From Escherichia coli (GTDB taxonomy: Bacteria > Pseudomonadota > Gammaproteobacteria > Enterobacterales > Enterobacteriaceae), in NCBI RefSeq assembly GCF_003334785.1, contig NZ_QOWV01000018.1: DNA of 64,000 nucleotides. One strand, given 5' to 3'. The notes beneath the pieces were generated by a model that saw only the letters and a list, made by a program, of their open reading frames with translations, searched no databases and was not told the origin of the DNA. This document shows, one piece after another, positions 37,962 to 49,148 of this stretch. A program made the translations under genes and the position numbers. The stretch's first letter is position 1. Each line of letters begins with the position of its first letter.

Positions 37962-38857
37962 TATTTCCCCCGTTTGGCGCGTGGATGCGCCGCATCGTAC
38001 ACCGAGGCAAGGTGTTGAAAATCAAGATGAGTATAGATTTGCGTGGTGGAGAGGTTGGCATGACCCAGCAGCTCCTGCACACCACGAAGATCGCCGCTCG
38101 ACTCCAGCATATGCGTGGCGAACGAGTGACGTAATTTATGCGGATGAACGTGATTATTCAGCCCTTGTTTTATGCCCCATTCGGCAAAGCGTTTCTGCAC
38201 ATTACGCGCGGAGATACGCTTGCCCAGTTTCGACAGAAAAAGCGCGTCGTCTTCGCTACCAAACAGGTCGCGCAAATCAAGCCAGTGCTCAATCCACGCC
38301 ACAGCGTTGCGACCAATCGGCAGGCGGCGCTCTTTGCTGCCTTTCCCCATAACCCACACTTCACCAGACTCCAGGTCGAGGTGTTTAATATCCAGCCCCA
38401 CCAGCTCAGAAAGACGCAGACCCGCGCCGTACATCACTTCCAGCATTGCACGGTCGCGTACAGCGAGGGGATCATTGATATCAATATCCAGCAGCCGATT
38501 CATATCGTCGACGTCGATGTTTTTCGGCAGATGACGCGGCGCTTTCGGTGCCGAAACACCTTTCGCCGGGTTAGCTTTGAGTTCGTTCTGGCTGACCAGC
38601 CAGTCAAAAAAGCTACGTAGCGCAGAAAGCCGTAACGCCAGACTTGCTGCTCCCAGCCCTTTACGGCGACTGCGTACAGCAAAATTGCGCACCATCGTCA
38701 CATCACATTGCTGCCAGCTTTGCAGGCCGTTTTCGCTGGCAAAATTGATGATCGCCTCAAGCTGACGCTGGTAGTTAAGCAGGGTTATCGGGCTAAGCTG
38801 GCGCTCCACGCTCAGATAACGTAGGTAGCGTTCTACATCGGTGTGTAAATCGGTCAT
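37961..38857 (-). CDS. xerC: Tyrosine site-specific recombinase XerC (298 aa)
   Basis: ORF 37961..38857; [40 protein letters not shown]...; conserved R..HxxR..Y catalytic residues near the C-terminus ([12 protein letters not shown]...IYTHL). Confidence 0.94.
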
Positions 38858-39561
38858 ACGCGTTCAATCCAACGCTCCAGAAGCTCCGGCAACATCAGCG
38901 CAATTTCATGAAGTAACTGCGTTCCTTGCCCTTGTTGATAGTGACTGGCATCGCGACTGGTAAACAGCACGACACCCAAATCAGCATCGCTTCCCAGCAT
39001 CGACATCGCCACCGATCCCACCGCTTTCGCTTCCGGTAGCACCACCAGCAGCTCTGGTCCGTTAAGCGGCCCAAGATAGTGCTGTTCCTGCCCCAAACGC
39101 TGAATACGCAGCGGTTCGAAAGACTGACGGCTTAATGCCAGATGAGTGTGGTTCGACGGCGCACCTAAGCGCCAGCGATCCGGAAACAGGCGCAGACTCG
39201 CACCTGCCAGGCCGAGATCGCGCGCCCAGCGGTGAAAGCGCATCAGCATATCGTCGAGACTGCTGGCGGCGGTGAGACTGCGCTGCAGGTAGAGTAGGCG
39301 ATAAAACAGGCCTTCGTTGGCGATAGCCTGTTCCATCAACAGCGCCATGTTCTCTTCCAGAACATGAATATGATTACGTGCGCGGGCCATGTGCCACTCG
39401 ACCAACGAAACGGTGCCGCGTACCGGATGCGGCACACGTATCGCTTCTACTGCGCGCGCATTACGGATAAAAAACTCAGGATTTTTAATCAGATAATCGA
39501 CAACCGCCCGGTCATCAAGCTCCGTGAGTGTTTCCTGCAGTTCTTCCCCTGGTTGCTTCAT
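38854..39561 (-). CDS. yigA: DUF484-family protein YigA (235 aa)
   Basis: ORF 38854..39561; 4-nt overlaps with dapF upstream and xerC downstream, consistent with the dapF-yigA-xerC-yigB operon. Confidence 0.85.
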
Positions 39562-40382
39562 AGATGAATAAATCCGTCGTAGACATGTACCGCCGGGCCA
39601 GTCATATATAACGGGTGACCCGGACCTTTCCAGGCGATATCAAGACGACCGCCGGGGAGTTCCACGCGTACTTCTTCGGCCAGCAAACCTTGCTGAATCC
39701 CTACTGCAACCGCCGCACACGCGCCGCTGCCGCAGGCCTGGGTTTCTCCTGCCCCACGCTCATAAACGCGTAAACGAATATGCTCGCGCTTAACCACTTG
39801 CATAAAACCGATATTGGCGCGCTCCGGAAAACGCTCGTGGCTTTCCAGAACAGGACCAAGCGTTTCTACCGCCGCGGTATCGACATCATCGACCTGAATC
39901 ACGCAATGCGGATTTCCCATCGACACCACGCCGCATAAGATTGTCTGCTCGGCGGCGCGCATAATATAGGTCTTTTCCGCTTTGTTAGCGCGAAACGGCA
40001 CGGCGGAAGGTTCGAAGTTGGGTTCGCCCATATTTACGCGGACCAGATCATCATCGGTGACGGTCAGAACCATCCGCCCGTTGGCGGTGCTGACGCGGAT
40101 ATCACGCTTATTGGTCAGTCCTTTCAGACGCACAAAACGGGCAAAGCAGCGCGCACCGTTGCCGCACTGCGCCACTTCACTGCCATCAGCATTGAAAATG
40201 CGATAGTGAAAATCCAGTTCAGGATCATACGGCGGCTCAACCACCAGCAGTTGGTCAAACCCTACCCCCAGGTGCCGATCAGCCAGGCGACGAATCAGCT
40301 CCGGTGAAAAAAAGACATTCTGCGTTACCGCGTCGACGACCATAAAATCGTTGCCAAGGCCATGCATTTTCGAGAACTGCAT
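39558..40382 (-). CDS. dapF: Diaminopimelate epimerase (274 aa)
   Basis: ORF 39558..40385 begins [20 protein letters not shown]; start taken at the second Met (40382). Catalytic cysteines in [16 protein letters not shown] and ACGSGACAA. Confidence 0.93.
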
Positions 40383-40418
40383 CATTTACTCCAATCACGC
40401 GGGTACAGAAACTGACTT

Positions 40419-40622
40419 TTAGTAATTCACCTGGGATGGACCATCGCCAGTGGCGCGATCGTTTTTATCCGGCACCGTGGATTGCGTTTGCGTCTCTACC
40501 GGTTTGGTCGGCGGCGGTGCGTTTTTATCTGCAGGCGGGAAATAGAGCGGACCTTTCAGACCGCAGCCCGTCAGGCTGAAGAGAGTAAGTAATACAGTGA
40601 GTGCCTTAAACACGTTTTTCAT
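40419..40622 (-). CDS. yifL: Small lipoprotein YifL (67 aa)
   Basis: ORF 40419..40622; MKNVFKALTVLLTLFSLTGCGLKGPLYFPP with a lipobox LTGC. Confidence 0.85.
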   Translation of the reverse strand: MKNVFKALTVLLTLFSLTGCGLKGPLYFPPADKNAPPPTKPVETQTQSTVPDKNDRATGDGPSQVNY

Positions 40623-41084
40623 TATGGATTGCCTGTAAAGTTCATCGCTTTCTGCTTTCTATCATCGCAGGAGAAGACGTAAAAGCAAGCGTTTAGCGAC
40701 TCTTTATGAAGTCTGAAAAGTGAGGAAATGCTGCGAGTATAACGCTTACTCGTGGGGATTTATGTTTTGCTGGTAGTTTCGTGATCGGCACCTCGCGCCA
40801 GGATGGCTTTATGCACTATCGCAATGTGGTTTGTTTGTTGTCTTTTTTAGTTCCGTCAGCGTGAGGATGCTCGCTCGGTAAACCTGATCATAATGTTTAC
40901 CAGAAACAGGGAAAGACGTGGTGTAACTGCGCCCTAATGAAGAGACAAATCTTTCGCTACACAGAGACATCATTATTCCGGTGACGGATGAATCGTGCCG
41001 GAACGCAGCCGCAGAGGTGCAAACTTTGAAGCCCTGACCCCATGCCGCTATACTGCCGCCATCACTTAAAAACAGGATACAACA

Positions 41085-41405
41085 ATGAACGACAGTGAAT
41101 TTCATCGCCTGGCTGATCAACTCTGGCTGACCATTGAAGAACGCCTGGACGACTGGGATGGCGACAGCGATATCGACTGCGAAATCAACGGCGGCGTACT
41201 GACCATTACCTTTGAGAATGGCAGCAAAATCATTATCAACCGCCAGGAGCCGCTGCACCAGGTATGGCTGGCAACCAAACAGGGCGGCTACCATTTTGAC
41301 CTGAAAGGCGATGAGTGGATTTGTGATCGCAGCGGCGAAACCTTCTGGGATTTGCTGGAACAGGCGGCGACGCAGCAGGCGGGTGAAACAGTCAGTTTCC
41401 GCTAA
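41085..41405 (+). CDS. cyaY: Frataxin homologue CyaY (106 aa)
   Basis: ORF 41085..41405; [71 protein letters not shown]. Confidence 0.94.
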
Positions 41406-41444
41406 GATTGCATGCCGGATAAGCCTCGCTTTCCGGCACGTTCA

Positions 41445-43991
41445 TCACGAAAAATATTGCTGTAATAGCGGCGTATCGTGATCCTGATTGGCAGGCGGCA
41501 TGTTACCGATAGATTTTGTGCGGAACGGAATCACCTGTTCACGACCATCAACCTTCACAATCTGATAGAACTGCGGCAGGTTGAAGTTGATGAAGCTTGA
41601 GCCGTAGGTAAAACGGTCATGCGATGACGAGTAGAAGCGACTGACGTCACGTACCAGCTCCTCTTTGCTGCCTTCGCAGTGGTGATATACCTCAACCCGG
41701 TTGCTTTCGTCGAGAATGTAGATATTAAAGCCATTCTCGTCTTGCGTTTCTTCGAAAAAGAACTGGATGATCCCTTCGCTGGCAAAGCCGTCCACCACCG
41801 CCGGTAATTTGACGTGATTGGTTTCAACCTGCACTGACAGGCCGTGCAGTTTGTTATGCGAAATCGCGCCATAAAACTCGATGGCGTTTTCCAGTTTCTG
41901 TACCGATACATTCAGGCGTTCGAAGAACAACCCCCAGGTTTGACCAGAAACGCGCAGCGCCTTGAAACGCCCGGTTTCCTGGCGGGTGCTGGAAAGACGC
42001 AATTCAATACACTCAGAAACCAGTTGCTGCACGCGAGTACGAATTAAGCCGCGCAGATGCTGGCTATAACAGAAGACTTCCACGCTATCTGGCGGTGCGG
42101 CGTCCTGATGCATTTTGCCGAGAATAGTTTTCAGGGCTTCGATCATCGATTGCTCGCCGTTGAAGTGCAGCGTACGCACTTCGTTCCACGAGTTGCGGTA
42201 CAGCAGGTCAACGCTACCTACCAGGCAATTTTGATTCTCGCCAAAGCTGAAGACATCCAGCTTACGGAAATCGAAATGCACCACCTGATTGCGGAACGCC
42301 GCTGTCGGGTCATATTCCAGGTTAACGATAATCGCCAGATGGCGGATCTCACACGGGCTGTAGAGCGCCTTCGGTGTCGGTGCAGGTAAGCGCAGCGGGA
42401 AATGGTGCGACACGTCGGCGACCATCTCCTGCAACTTAGGCAAATCGACAATGCCGTTACCTTTAATATACAAACGGGTGCGCGAGGTCAGCAGGCCGTT
42501 AAACCATGCCCACGCCACCAGTTTATTCAGGTAACGGTTATATTCCAGCGGCTGATGGCTGATGATCGACTCAATATTTGGCGCGCGGTTATACAGATAC
42601 CAACCTGAACGGTTAGCCCGGCCCGGCGGCACATAAATAAAGGTCAGATTCGGTTCCGAGAGATCGGGTGAAATCTGCGGGTTTACCAGCGTCACTTTAC
42701 CTGGTAATGCTTCAAACGCGGCATACAGCTTACGCGTCAGCACGCCGATATCCTGCGGACTGGCGGAGACGCTAAGGTTATTGCGACGCGCAAAGCGGAT
42801 CAGATTACGGTAGCTCTGCATCATCGCGTCGAGCAACTCGTTGTGCGCCTCACGCACCTGATCAATCTTCCAGTTAGCGCGGTTATCGAGCATTGCCAGA
42901 CGAGCTTCGTCCCAACCCCACTCGCTCACTAACTGGCTCAACACTGCGCGACGCCAGCCTACGCAGGCGCGTTCACGGCTGAGCTTTTCGCACACTTTTA
43001 AATAGAAGCAGCGACGTACTAAATCCAGACGGGTAAAATCTTCAATCGCCGTCAGGTATTCAGTAACACGCTCCAGCATCATGCAGTATGGATCGAGACC
43101 AAACGATACAATCTCGCCGTCGTGCAAACGCTGTTTGATATCTTTCGCCAGCAGACGTGGGTTCGGGTATTCCCAGGAATAGGCTTCCAGCAGCAGTGTT
43201 TTCAGTACCGCTTTGTATGGGGAATCGATACTCTTGTAGAGCTGCCAAAGGCTGGCACCAAAGTACTCTTCAGCAGAAAGCGAGCTTAAGCCACCGAGAT
43301 CCAGCCATTCATTTGGCGTCAGCACGCCCTGCGCGTAAAGCGTCATCACATAGTCGTCGTAATGCTCTTCTTCGTCGCACGGCACCATATTCCACAGAAT
43401 ACGCTTACCGGCGAGACGCACGGCGGTACGATAAAATTCGTCAAGCAGCAGTATATGCTGGGTGGAGCCACAATCTTCGCCCCCCAGGCTGCCGCTTTCA
43501 TTATGACGGAAGCGGTTTTCATCAATCAGGAAGAAGCTGACTTCCACACCCAGCGAGGCGGCCCAGTTTTCCAGCAGGCTACATTTACGTTGTAGCAATT
43601 GGCGCTCTTCGCTATCGAGCCAGGATTGATGACAGACCCAGATATCCAGGTCAGAGGAACAACTTTGCCCTACGGACGAGGTGCTGCCCATGGTGTATAC
43701 ACCAGTAATTGGAAGCTCACCTTTCGGCGGATCCTGTACTGACATTCCACGATACAGTTCAAGCTCGTTCAGGTAGTGGCGTTGAGTTTCATCAGGCGTG
43801 TAAAGGCAAATGCCTTTGGGAACGTTACCATCAAGGTAACCCGGCATTAGCGGATGGTGATAGTGCAACAATGTCGGCAGTAGACTGTAGACCTGTTGGA
43901 ATGCAGGCCCCATAGCAGCAAGCGCGCGATCCACACGCAATTGATTTATGGCATCCAGTCTCTGTTTCAGAGTCTCAATATAGAGGTACAA
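41445..43991 (-). CDS. cyaA: Adenylate cyclase, class I (848 aa), TTG start
   Basis: ORF 41445..43991; [39 protein letters not shown]... The codon at 43989..43991 is caa on the plus strand, i.e. TTG on the minus strand. Confidence 0.94.
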   Translation of the reverse strand: MYLYIETLKQRLDAINQLRVDRALAAMGPAFQQVYSLLPTLLHYHHPLMPGYLDGNVPKGICLYTPDETQRHYLNELELYRGMSVQDPPKGELPITGVYTMGSTSSVGQSCSSDLDIWVCHQSWLDSEERQLLQRKCSLLENWAASLGVEVSFFLIDENRFRHNESGSLGGEDCGSTQHILLLDEFYRTAVRLAGKRILWNMVPCDEEEHYDDYVMTLYAQGVLTPNEWLDLGGLSSLSAEEYFGASLWQLYKSIDSPYKAVLKTLLLEAYSWEYPNPRLLAKDIKQRLHDGEIVSFGLDPYCMMLERVTEYLTAIEDFTRLDLVRRCFYLKVCEKLSRERACVGWRRAVLSQLVSEWGWDEARLAMLDNRANWKIDQVREAHNELLDAMMQSYRNLIRFARRNNLSVSASPQDIGVLTRKLYAAFEALPGKVTLVNPQISPDLSEPNLTFIYVPPGRANRSGWYLYNRAPNIESIISHQPLEYNRYLNKLVAWAWFNGLLTSRTRLYIKGNGIVDLPKLQEMVADVSHHFPLRLPAPTPKALYSPCEIRHLAIIVNLEYDPTAAFRNQVVHFDFRKLDVFSFGENQNCLVGSVDLLYRNSWNEVRTLHFNGEQSMIEALKTILGKMHQDAAPPDSVEVFCYSQHLRGLIRTRVQQLVSECIELRLSSTRQETGRFKALRVSGQTWGLFFERLNVSVQKLENAIEFYGAISHNKLHGLSVQVETNHVKLPAVVDGFASEGIIQFFFEETQDENGFNIYILDESNRVEVYHHCEGSKEELVRDVSRFYSSSHDRFTYGSSFINFNLPQFYQIVKVDGREQVIPFRTKSIGNMPPANQDHDTPLLQQYFS

Positions 43992-44377
43992 GACGTATCG
44001 CCTGATTTGCTACCCGTCATGACTGTGATTCCGCCAACATCAACGGTAACACGCGGCATTCGGGATATTTCGTATGTCAAAGGTAACCGTTACCACTTTT
44101 CGCGCCTGGTTTTTTTAGTTTCACGACGAAAAAATGGTCTAAAACGTGATCAATTTAACACCTTGCTGATTGACCGTAAAGAAAGATGCGCTACATACAA
44201 GTGTAGCACCGTTTATTCTCTGTAAATTCCTTATTACAACGGCGTGAAACGCCTGTCAGGATCCACTGCCAGACCTCATTTTACGGTTTGCGCAGGCGTC
44301 TACGTTTCACCACAACACTGACATCACTCTGGCAAGGATGTTAGGATGGACCACGGATGATAATGACGGTAACAAGC

Positions 44378-45319
44378 ATGTTAGACAATGTTTTAAGAAT
44401 TGCCACACGCCAAAGCCCACTTGCACTCTGGCAGGCACACTATGTCAAAGACAAGTTGATGGCGAGCCATCCGGGCCTGGTCGTTGAACTGGTACCGATG
44501 GTGACGCGCGGCGATGTGATTCTTGATACGCCGCTGGCGAAAGTAGGCGGAAAAGGCTTATTTGTAAAAGAGCTGGAAGTCGCGCTCCTCGAAAATCGCG
44601 CCGATATCGCCGTACACTCAATGAAAGATGTGCCGGTTGAATTCCCGCAAGGTCTGGGACTGGTCACTATTTGTGAGCGTGAAGATCCTCGCGATGCCTT
44701 TGTGTCCAATAACTATGACAGTCTGGATGCGTTACCGGCAGGCAGTATCGTCGGGACGTCCAGTTTACGTCGCCAGTGCCAACTGGCTGAACGCCGTCCG
44801 GATCTGATTATCCGCTCCCTGCGCGGCAACGTCGGCACTCGCCTGAGCAAACTGGATAACGGCGAATACGATGCCATCATTCTTGCCGTAGCCGGACTAA
44901 AACGTTTAGGTCTGGAGTCACGTATTCGCGCCGCGTTGCCACCCGAGATTTCTCTTCCGGCGGTAGGACAAGGTGCGGTGGGTATTGAATGCCGCCTTGA
45001 TGATTCACGCACTCGCGAGCTGCTTGCCGCGCTGAATCACCACGAAACTGCACTGCGCGTTACCGCAGAACGCGCCATGAATACCCGTCTCGAAGGCGGA
45101 TGTCAGGTGCCAATTGGTAGCTACGCCGAGCTTATTGATGGCGAAATCTGGCTGCGTGCGCTGGTCGGCGCGCCGGACGGTTCGCAGATTATTCGCGGTG
45201 AACGCCGCGGTGCGCCGCAAGATGCCGAACAAATGGGGATTTCGCTGGCAGAAGAGCTACTGAATAACGGCGCGCGCGAGATCCTCGCTGAAGTCTATAA
45301 CGGAGACGCCCCGGCATGA
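44378..45319 (+). CDS. hemC: Porphobilinogen deaminase / hydroxymethylbilane synthase (313 aa)
   Basis: The ORF track opens at 44357; the recognised start is [34 protein letters not shown] at 44378. Confidence 0.93.
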
Positions 45320-46056
45320 GTATCCTTGTCACCCGCCCGTCTCCCGCTGGAGAAGAGTTAGTGAGCCGTCTGCGCACACTGGGGCAGGTGGCCTGGCATT
45401 TTCCGCTGATTGAGTTTTCTCCGGGTCAACAATTACCGCAACTTGCTGATCAACTGGCAGCGCTGGGGGAGAGCGATCTGTTGTTTGCCCTCTCGCAACA
45501 CGCGGTTGCTTTTGCCCAATCACAGCTGCATCAGCAAGATCGTAAATGGCCCCGACTACCTGATTATTTCGCCATTGGACGCACCACCGCACTGGCACTA
45601 CATACCGTAAGCGGACAGAAGATTCTCTACCCGCAGGATCGGGAAATCAGCGAAGTCTTGCTACAATTACCTGAATTACAAAATATTGCGGGCAAACGTG
45701 CGCTGATATTACGTGGCAATGGTGGTCGTGAGCTAATTGGGGATGCCCTGACGGCGCGCGGTGCTGAGGTCACTTTTTGTGAATGTTATCAACGATGCGC
45801 AATCCATTACGATGGTGCAGAAGAAGCGATGCGCTGGCAAGCCCGCGAGGTGACGATGGTCGTTGTTACCAGCGGTGAAATGTTGCAGCAACTCTGGTCG
45901 CTGATCCCACAATGGTATCGTGAGCACTGGTTACTACACTGTCGACTATTGGTCGTCAGTGAGCGTTTGGCGAAACTCGCCCGGGAACTGGGCTGGCAAG
46001 ACATTAAGGTCGCCGATAACGCTGACAACGATGCGCTTTTACGGGCATTACAATAA
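45316..46056 (+). CDS. hemD: Uroporphyrinogen-III synthase (246 aa)
   Basis: ORF 45316..46056; 4-nt overlap with the hemC stop; [34 protein letters not shown]. Confidence 0.92.
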   Translation: MSILVTRPSPAGEELVSRLRTLGQVAWHFPLIEFSPGQQLPQLADQLAALGESDLLFALSQHAVAFAQSQLHQQDRKWPRLPDYFAIGRTTALALHTVSGQKILYPQDREISEVLLQLPELQNIAGKRALILRGNGGRELIGDALTARGAEVTFCECYQRCAIHYDGAEEAMRWQAREVTMVVVTSGEMLQQLWSLIPQWYREHWLLHCRLLVVSERLAKLARELGWQDIKVADNADNDALLRALQ

Positions 46057-46077
46057 CTCTCATAACAGGAAGCCATA

Positions 46078-47271
46078 ATGACGGAACAAGAAAAAACCTC
46101 CGCCGTGGTTGAAGAGACCAGGGAGGCCGTGGACACCACGTCACAACCTGTCGCAACAGAAAAAAAGAGTAAGAACAATACCGCATTGATTCTCAGCGCG
46201 GTGGCTATCGCTATTGCTCTGGCGGCGGGCATCGGTTTGTATGGCTGGGGTAAACAACAGGCCGTCAATCAGACCGCCACCAGCGATGCCCTGGCTAACC
46301 AACTGACGGCATTGCAAAAAGCCCAGGAGAGCCAAAAAGCCGAGCTGGAAGGCATTATTAAGCAACAAGCTGCACAACTTAAGCAGGCGAATCGTCAGCA
46401 AGAAACGCTGGCAAAACAGTTGGATGAAGTCCAACAAAAGGTCGCCACCATTTCCGGCAGCGATGCTAAAACCTGGCTGCTGGCTCAGGCCGATTTTCTG
46501 GTGAAACTCGCCGGACGGAAGCTGTGGAGCGATCAGGACGTCACGACCGCTGCAGCGTTGCTGAAAAGTGCAGACGCCAGCCTGGCGGATATGAATGACC
46601 CGAGTCTGATTACCGTTCGTCGGGCAATTACCGATGATATCGCCAGCCTTTCTGCAGTATCGCAGGTGGATTATGACGGCATAATCCTTAAGCTTAATCA
46701 GCTTTCAAATCAGGTAGATAACCTGCGTCTGGCCGATAATGACAGCGATGGTTCGCCGATGGATTCAGACGGTGAAGAGCTTTCCAGTTCCATCAGCGAA
46801 TGGCGTATCAATCTGCAAAAAAGCTGGCAGAACTTTATGGACAACTTCATTACGATTCGCCGTCGTGATGACACCGCCGTACCGCTGTTAGCGCCAAATC
46901 AGGATATCTATCTGCGCGAAAATATTCGCTCTCGCCTGCTGGTCGCAGCACAAGCTGTACCGCGTCACCAGGAAGAGACTTATCGCCAGGCGCTGGAGAA
47001 CGTCTCCACCTGGGTACGTGCTTACTACGATACTGATGATGCCACCACCAAAGCGTTCCTCGACGAGGTGGACCAGTTAAGCCAGCAAAATATCTCGATG
47101 GATCTTCCGGAAACCCTGCAAAGCCAGGCGATGCTGGAAAAACTGATGCAGACTCGCGTGCGTAACCTGCTGGCACAACCGGCAGCGGGGACAACGGAAG
47201 CTAAACCTGCACCTGCACCTGCACCTGCACCGCAAGCTGATACTCCGGCAGCCGCGCCGCAAGGAGAATAA
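46078..47271 (+). CDS. hemX: HemX, membrane-anchored coiled-coil protein (397 aa here)
   Basis: ORF 46078..47271; N-terminal transmembrane segment, coiled-coil region, C-terminal Pro-Ala-rich tail containing the (CCTGCA)4 repeat. Confidence 0.9.
   Translation: MTEQEKTSAVVEETREAVDTTSQPVATEKKSKNNTALILSAVAIAIALAAGIGLYGWGKQQAVNQTATSDALANQLTALQKAQESQKAELEGIIKQQAAQLKQANRQQETLAKQLDEVQQKVATISGSDAKTWLLAQADFLVKLAGRKLWSDQDVTTAAALLKSADASLADMNDPSLITVRRAITDDIASLSAVSQVDYDGIILKLNQLSNQVDNLRLADNDSDGSPMDSDGEELSSSISEWRINLQKSWQNFMDNFITIRRRDDTAVPLLAPNQDIYLRENIRSRLLVAAQAVPRHQEETYRQALENVSTWVRAYYDTDDATTKAFLDEVDQLSQQNISMDLPETLQSQAMLEKLMQTRVRNLLAQPAAGTTEAKPAPAPAPAPQADTPAAAPQGE
47206..47229 (+). repeat. Perfect hexanucleotide tandem repeat (CCTGCA)x4 inside hemX, encoding (Pro-Ala)4
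   Basis: cctgca cctgca cctgca cctgca at 47206..47229, in frame, followed by ccg; protein reads [11 protein letters not shown]. Confidence 0.9.
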
Positions 47272-47273
47272 CC

Positions 47274-48470
47274 ATGCTAAAAGTGTTATTGCTCTTTGTG
47301 TTGCTGATTGCGGGGATCGTGGTTGGCCCGATGATTGCCGGCCATCAGGGTTATGTGCTGATCCAGACCGACAACTACAATATCGAAACCAGCGTCACGG
47401 GCCTGGCGATCATATTGATTCTGGCGATGGTAGTGCTGTTTGCCATTGAGTGGCTACTGCGGCGGATCTTCCGCACTGGCGCGCACACCCGTGGGTGGTT
47501 TGTCGGACGTAAGCGTCGCCGTGCACGTAAGCAGACCGAACAGGCGCTGCTGAAACTGGCGGAAGGCGATTATCAGCAAGTTGAAAAGCTGATGGCGAAA
47601 AATGCCGATCACGCGGAACAACCGGTGGTGAACTATCTACTGGCTGCCGAAGCCGCGCAACAACGTGGTGATGAAGCACGCGCCAACCAACATCTGGAAC
47701 GCGCAGCGGAGCTGGCCGGCAACGACACCATTCCGGTAGAAATCACCCGCGTACGTCTGCAACTGGCCCGTAATGAAAACCATGCTGCACGCCACGGCGT
47801 GGATAAGCTGCTGGAAGTTACGCCACGCCATCCGGAAGTATTACGTCTGGCGGAACAGGCGTATATCCGCACAGGTGCATGGAGTTCGCTGCTGGATATT
47901 ATCCCATCAATGGCGAAAGCCCATGTTGGTGATGAAGAACATCGTGCAATGCTGGAACAACAGGCATGGATTGGCCTGATGGATCAGGCGCGTGCCGATA
48001 ACGGTAGCGAAGGTTTGCGTAACTGGTGGAAAAACCAAAGCCGGAAAACGCGTCATCAGGTAGCGTTGCAGGTGGCAATGGCGGAACATCTTATTGAATG
48101 TGACGATCATGATACTGCCCAGCAAATTATCATCGATGGCCTGAAACGCCAGTACGACGATCGCCTACTGCTGCCGATTCCTCGACTGAAAACAAACAAT
48201 CCGGAACAGCTGGAAAAAGTGCTGCGCCAGCAAATCAAAAACGTCGGCGATCGCCCGCTGTTGTGGAGCACACTGGGCCAGTCACTGATGAAGCACGGAG
48301 AATGGCAGGAAGCATCGCTCGCCTTCCGCGCAGCGCTGAAACAACGTCCGGACGCCTACGATTACGCATGGCTTGCCGACGCGCTGGACAGACTGCACAA
48401 GCCGGAAGAAGCTGCAGCGATGCGTCGCGACGGTTTGATGTTAACGTTGCAGAATAACCCGCCACAGTAG
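47274..48470 (+). CDS. hemY: HemY, TPR-containing inner membrane protein (398 aa)
   Basis: ORF 47274..48470; starts 2 nt after the hemX stop; MLKVLLLFVLLIAGIVVGPMIAGHQGYVLIQTDNYNIETSVTGLAIILI. Confidence 0.92.
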   Translation: MLKVLLLFVLLIAGIVVGPMIAGHQGYVLIQTDNYNIETSVTGLAIILILAMVVLFAIEWLLRRIFRTGAHTRGWFVGRKRRRARKQTEQALLKLAEGDYQQVEKLMAKNADHAEQPVVNYLLAAEAAQQRGDEARANQHLERAAELAGNDTIPVEITRVRLQLARNENHAARHGVDKLLEVTPRHPEVLRLAEQAYIRTGAWSSLLDIIPSMAKAHVGDEEHRAMLEQQAWIGLMDQARADNGSEGLRNWWKNQSRKTRHQVALQVAMAEHLIECDDHDTAQQIIIDGLKRQYDDRLLLPIPRLKTNNPEQLEKVLRQQIKNVGDRPLLWSTLGQSLMKHGEWQEASLAFRAALKQRPDAYDYAWLADALDRLHKPEEAAAMRRDGLMLTLQNNPPQ

Positions 48471-48517
48471 TTCCTTCTCACCCGGAGGCAAGCACCTCCG
48501 GGGCCTTCCTGATACAT

Positions 48518-48724
48518 AAAAAAACGCCTGCTCTTATTACGGAGCAGGCGTTAAAACAGGTCTGTATGACAACAAGTGGGTGCTTCACTCAACGTTGTGT
48601 CCATGGTGTCTGATGAGGCATAAGCGACATCTGTCAGTGGACGATAAGCACCGTAAACGGCTCTGCGTCATTCCGGAGTTTATGAGGCACTAAGGCGAAC
48701 ATAAGAGATGGAATGAGCATCTAC
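48518..48724 (-). ncRNA. glmZ: GlmZ small RNA (SraJ/RyiA), post-transcriptional activator of glmS
   Basis: Minus strand reads GUAGAUGCUCAUUCCAUCUCUUAUGUUCGCCUUAGUGCCUCAUAAACUCCGGAAUGACGCAGAGCCG...CAUACAGACCUGUUUUAACGCCUGCUCCGUAAUAAGAGCAGGCGUUUUUUU, which I recognise as GlmZ. It ends in an intrinsic terminator (hairpin gcctgctc-cgtaataa-gagcaggc plus U7), has a -10-like CATAAT just upstream (plus 48731..48736), and sits in the known hemY-aslA intergenic location. Confidence 0.88.
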
Positions 48725-49148
48725 TCGTTTATTATGCCACAGAGAATCGGGAAATAACATCCCTTAACACTTGTTATGAGATAATTCTGTAATCCTCTTT
48801 GCTTCCTGAGTAATAACTTCCTGAGTGAATATTTAACCTGAGCTTGATCCTACACATACTTATTATGAATGATAAAATTCATTCAATTAATAACACATAT
48901 ATTAATTGCCGTTAAAACTAAAAACAGCATCAATAATCAACGCGATATAATAAACCTGCCTTACATATCAACTGCGCCAGAGGTAGGATTGAAAACGCTC
49001 TCCTGATTTTCCAATTCATTTTCTGGATAAATAAATAATTTATTTTTGTCACTATTATTTATGTAATCATCCTGTCAGGGAGAGGGATCTCAATTATCAA
49101 TGCTTAATTACGTCATCATTTTGATGACATGAAACCGGAGCATTTTGC

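Noticed and set aside
40809-41294. 161-aa ORF on the minus strand in the yifL-cyaY intergenic region
   Set aside because: It overlaps the 5' part of cyaY on the opposite strand, has no recognisable features, and reads like a random frame.
48482-48502. Hairpin ccggagg-caagcac-cctccgg immediately after the hemY stop as an intrinsic terminator
   Set aside because: No T-tract follows it on the plus strand. It may still be an mRNA 3' stability element, but I cannot support calling it a terminator.
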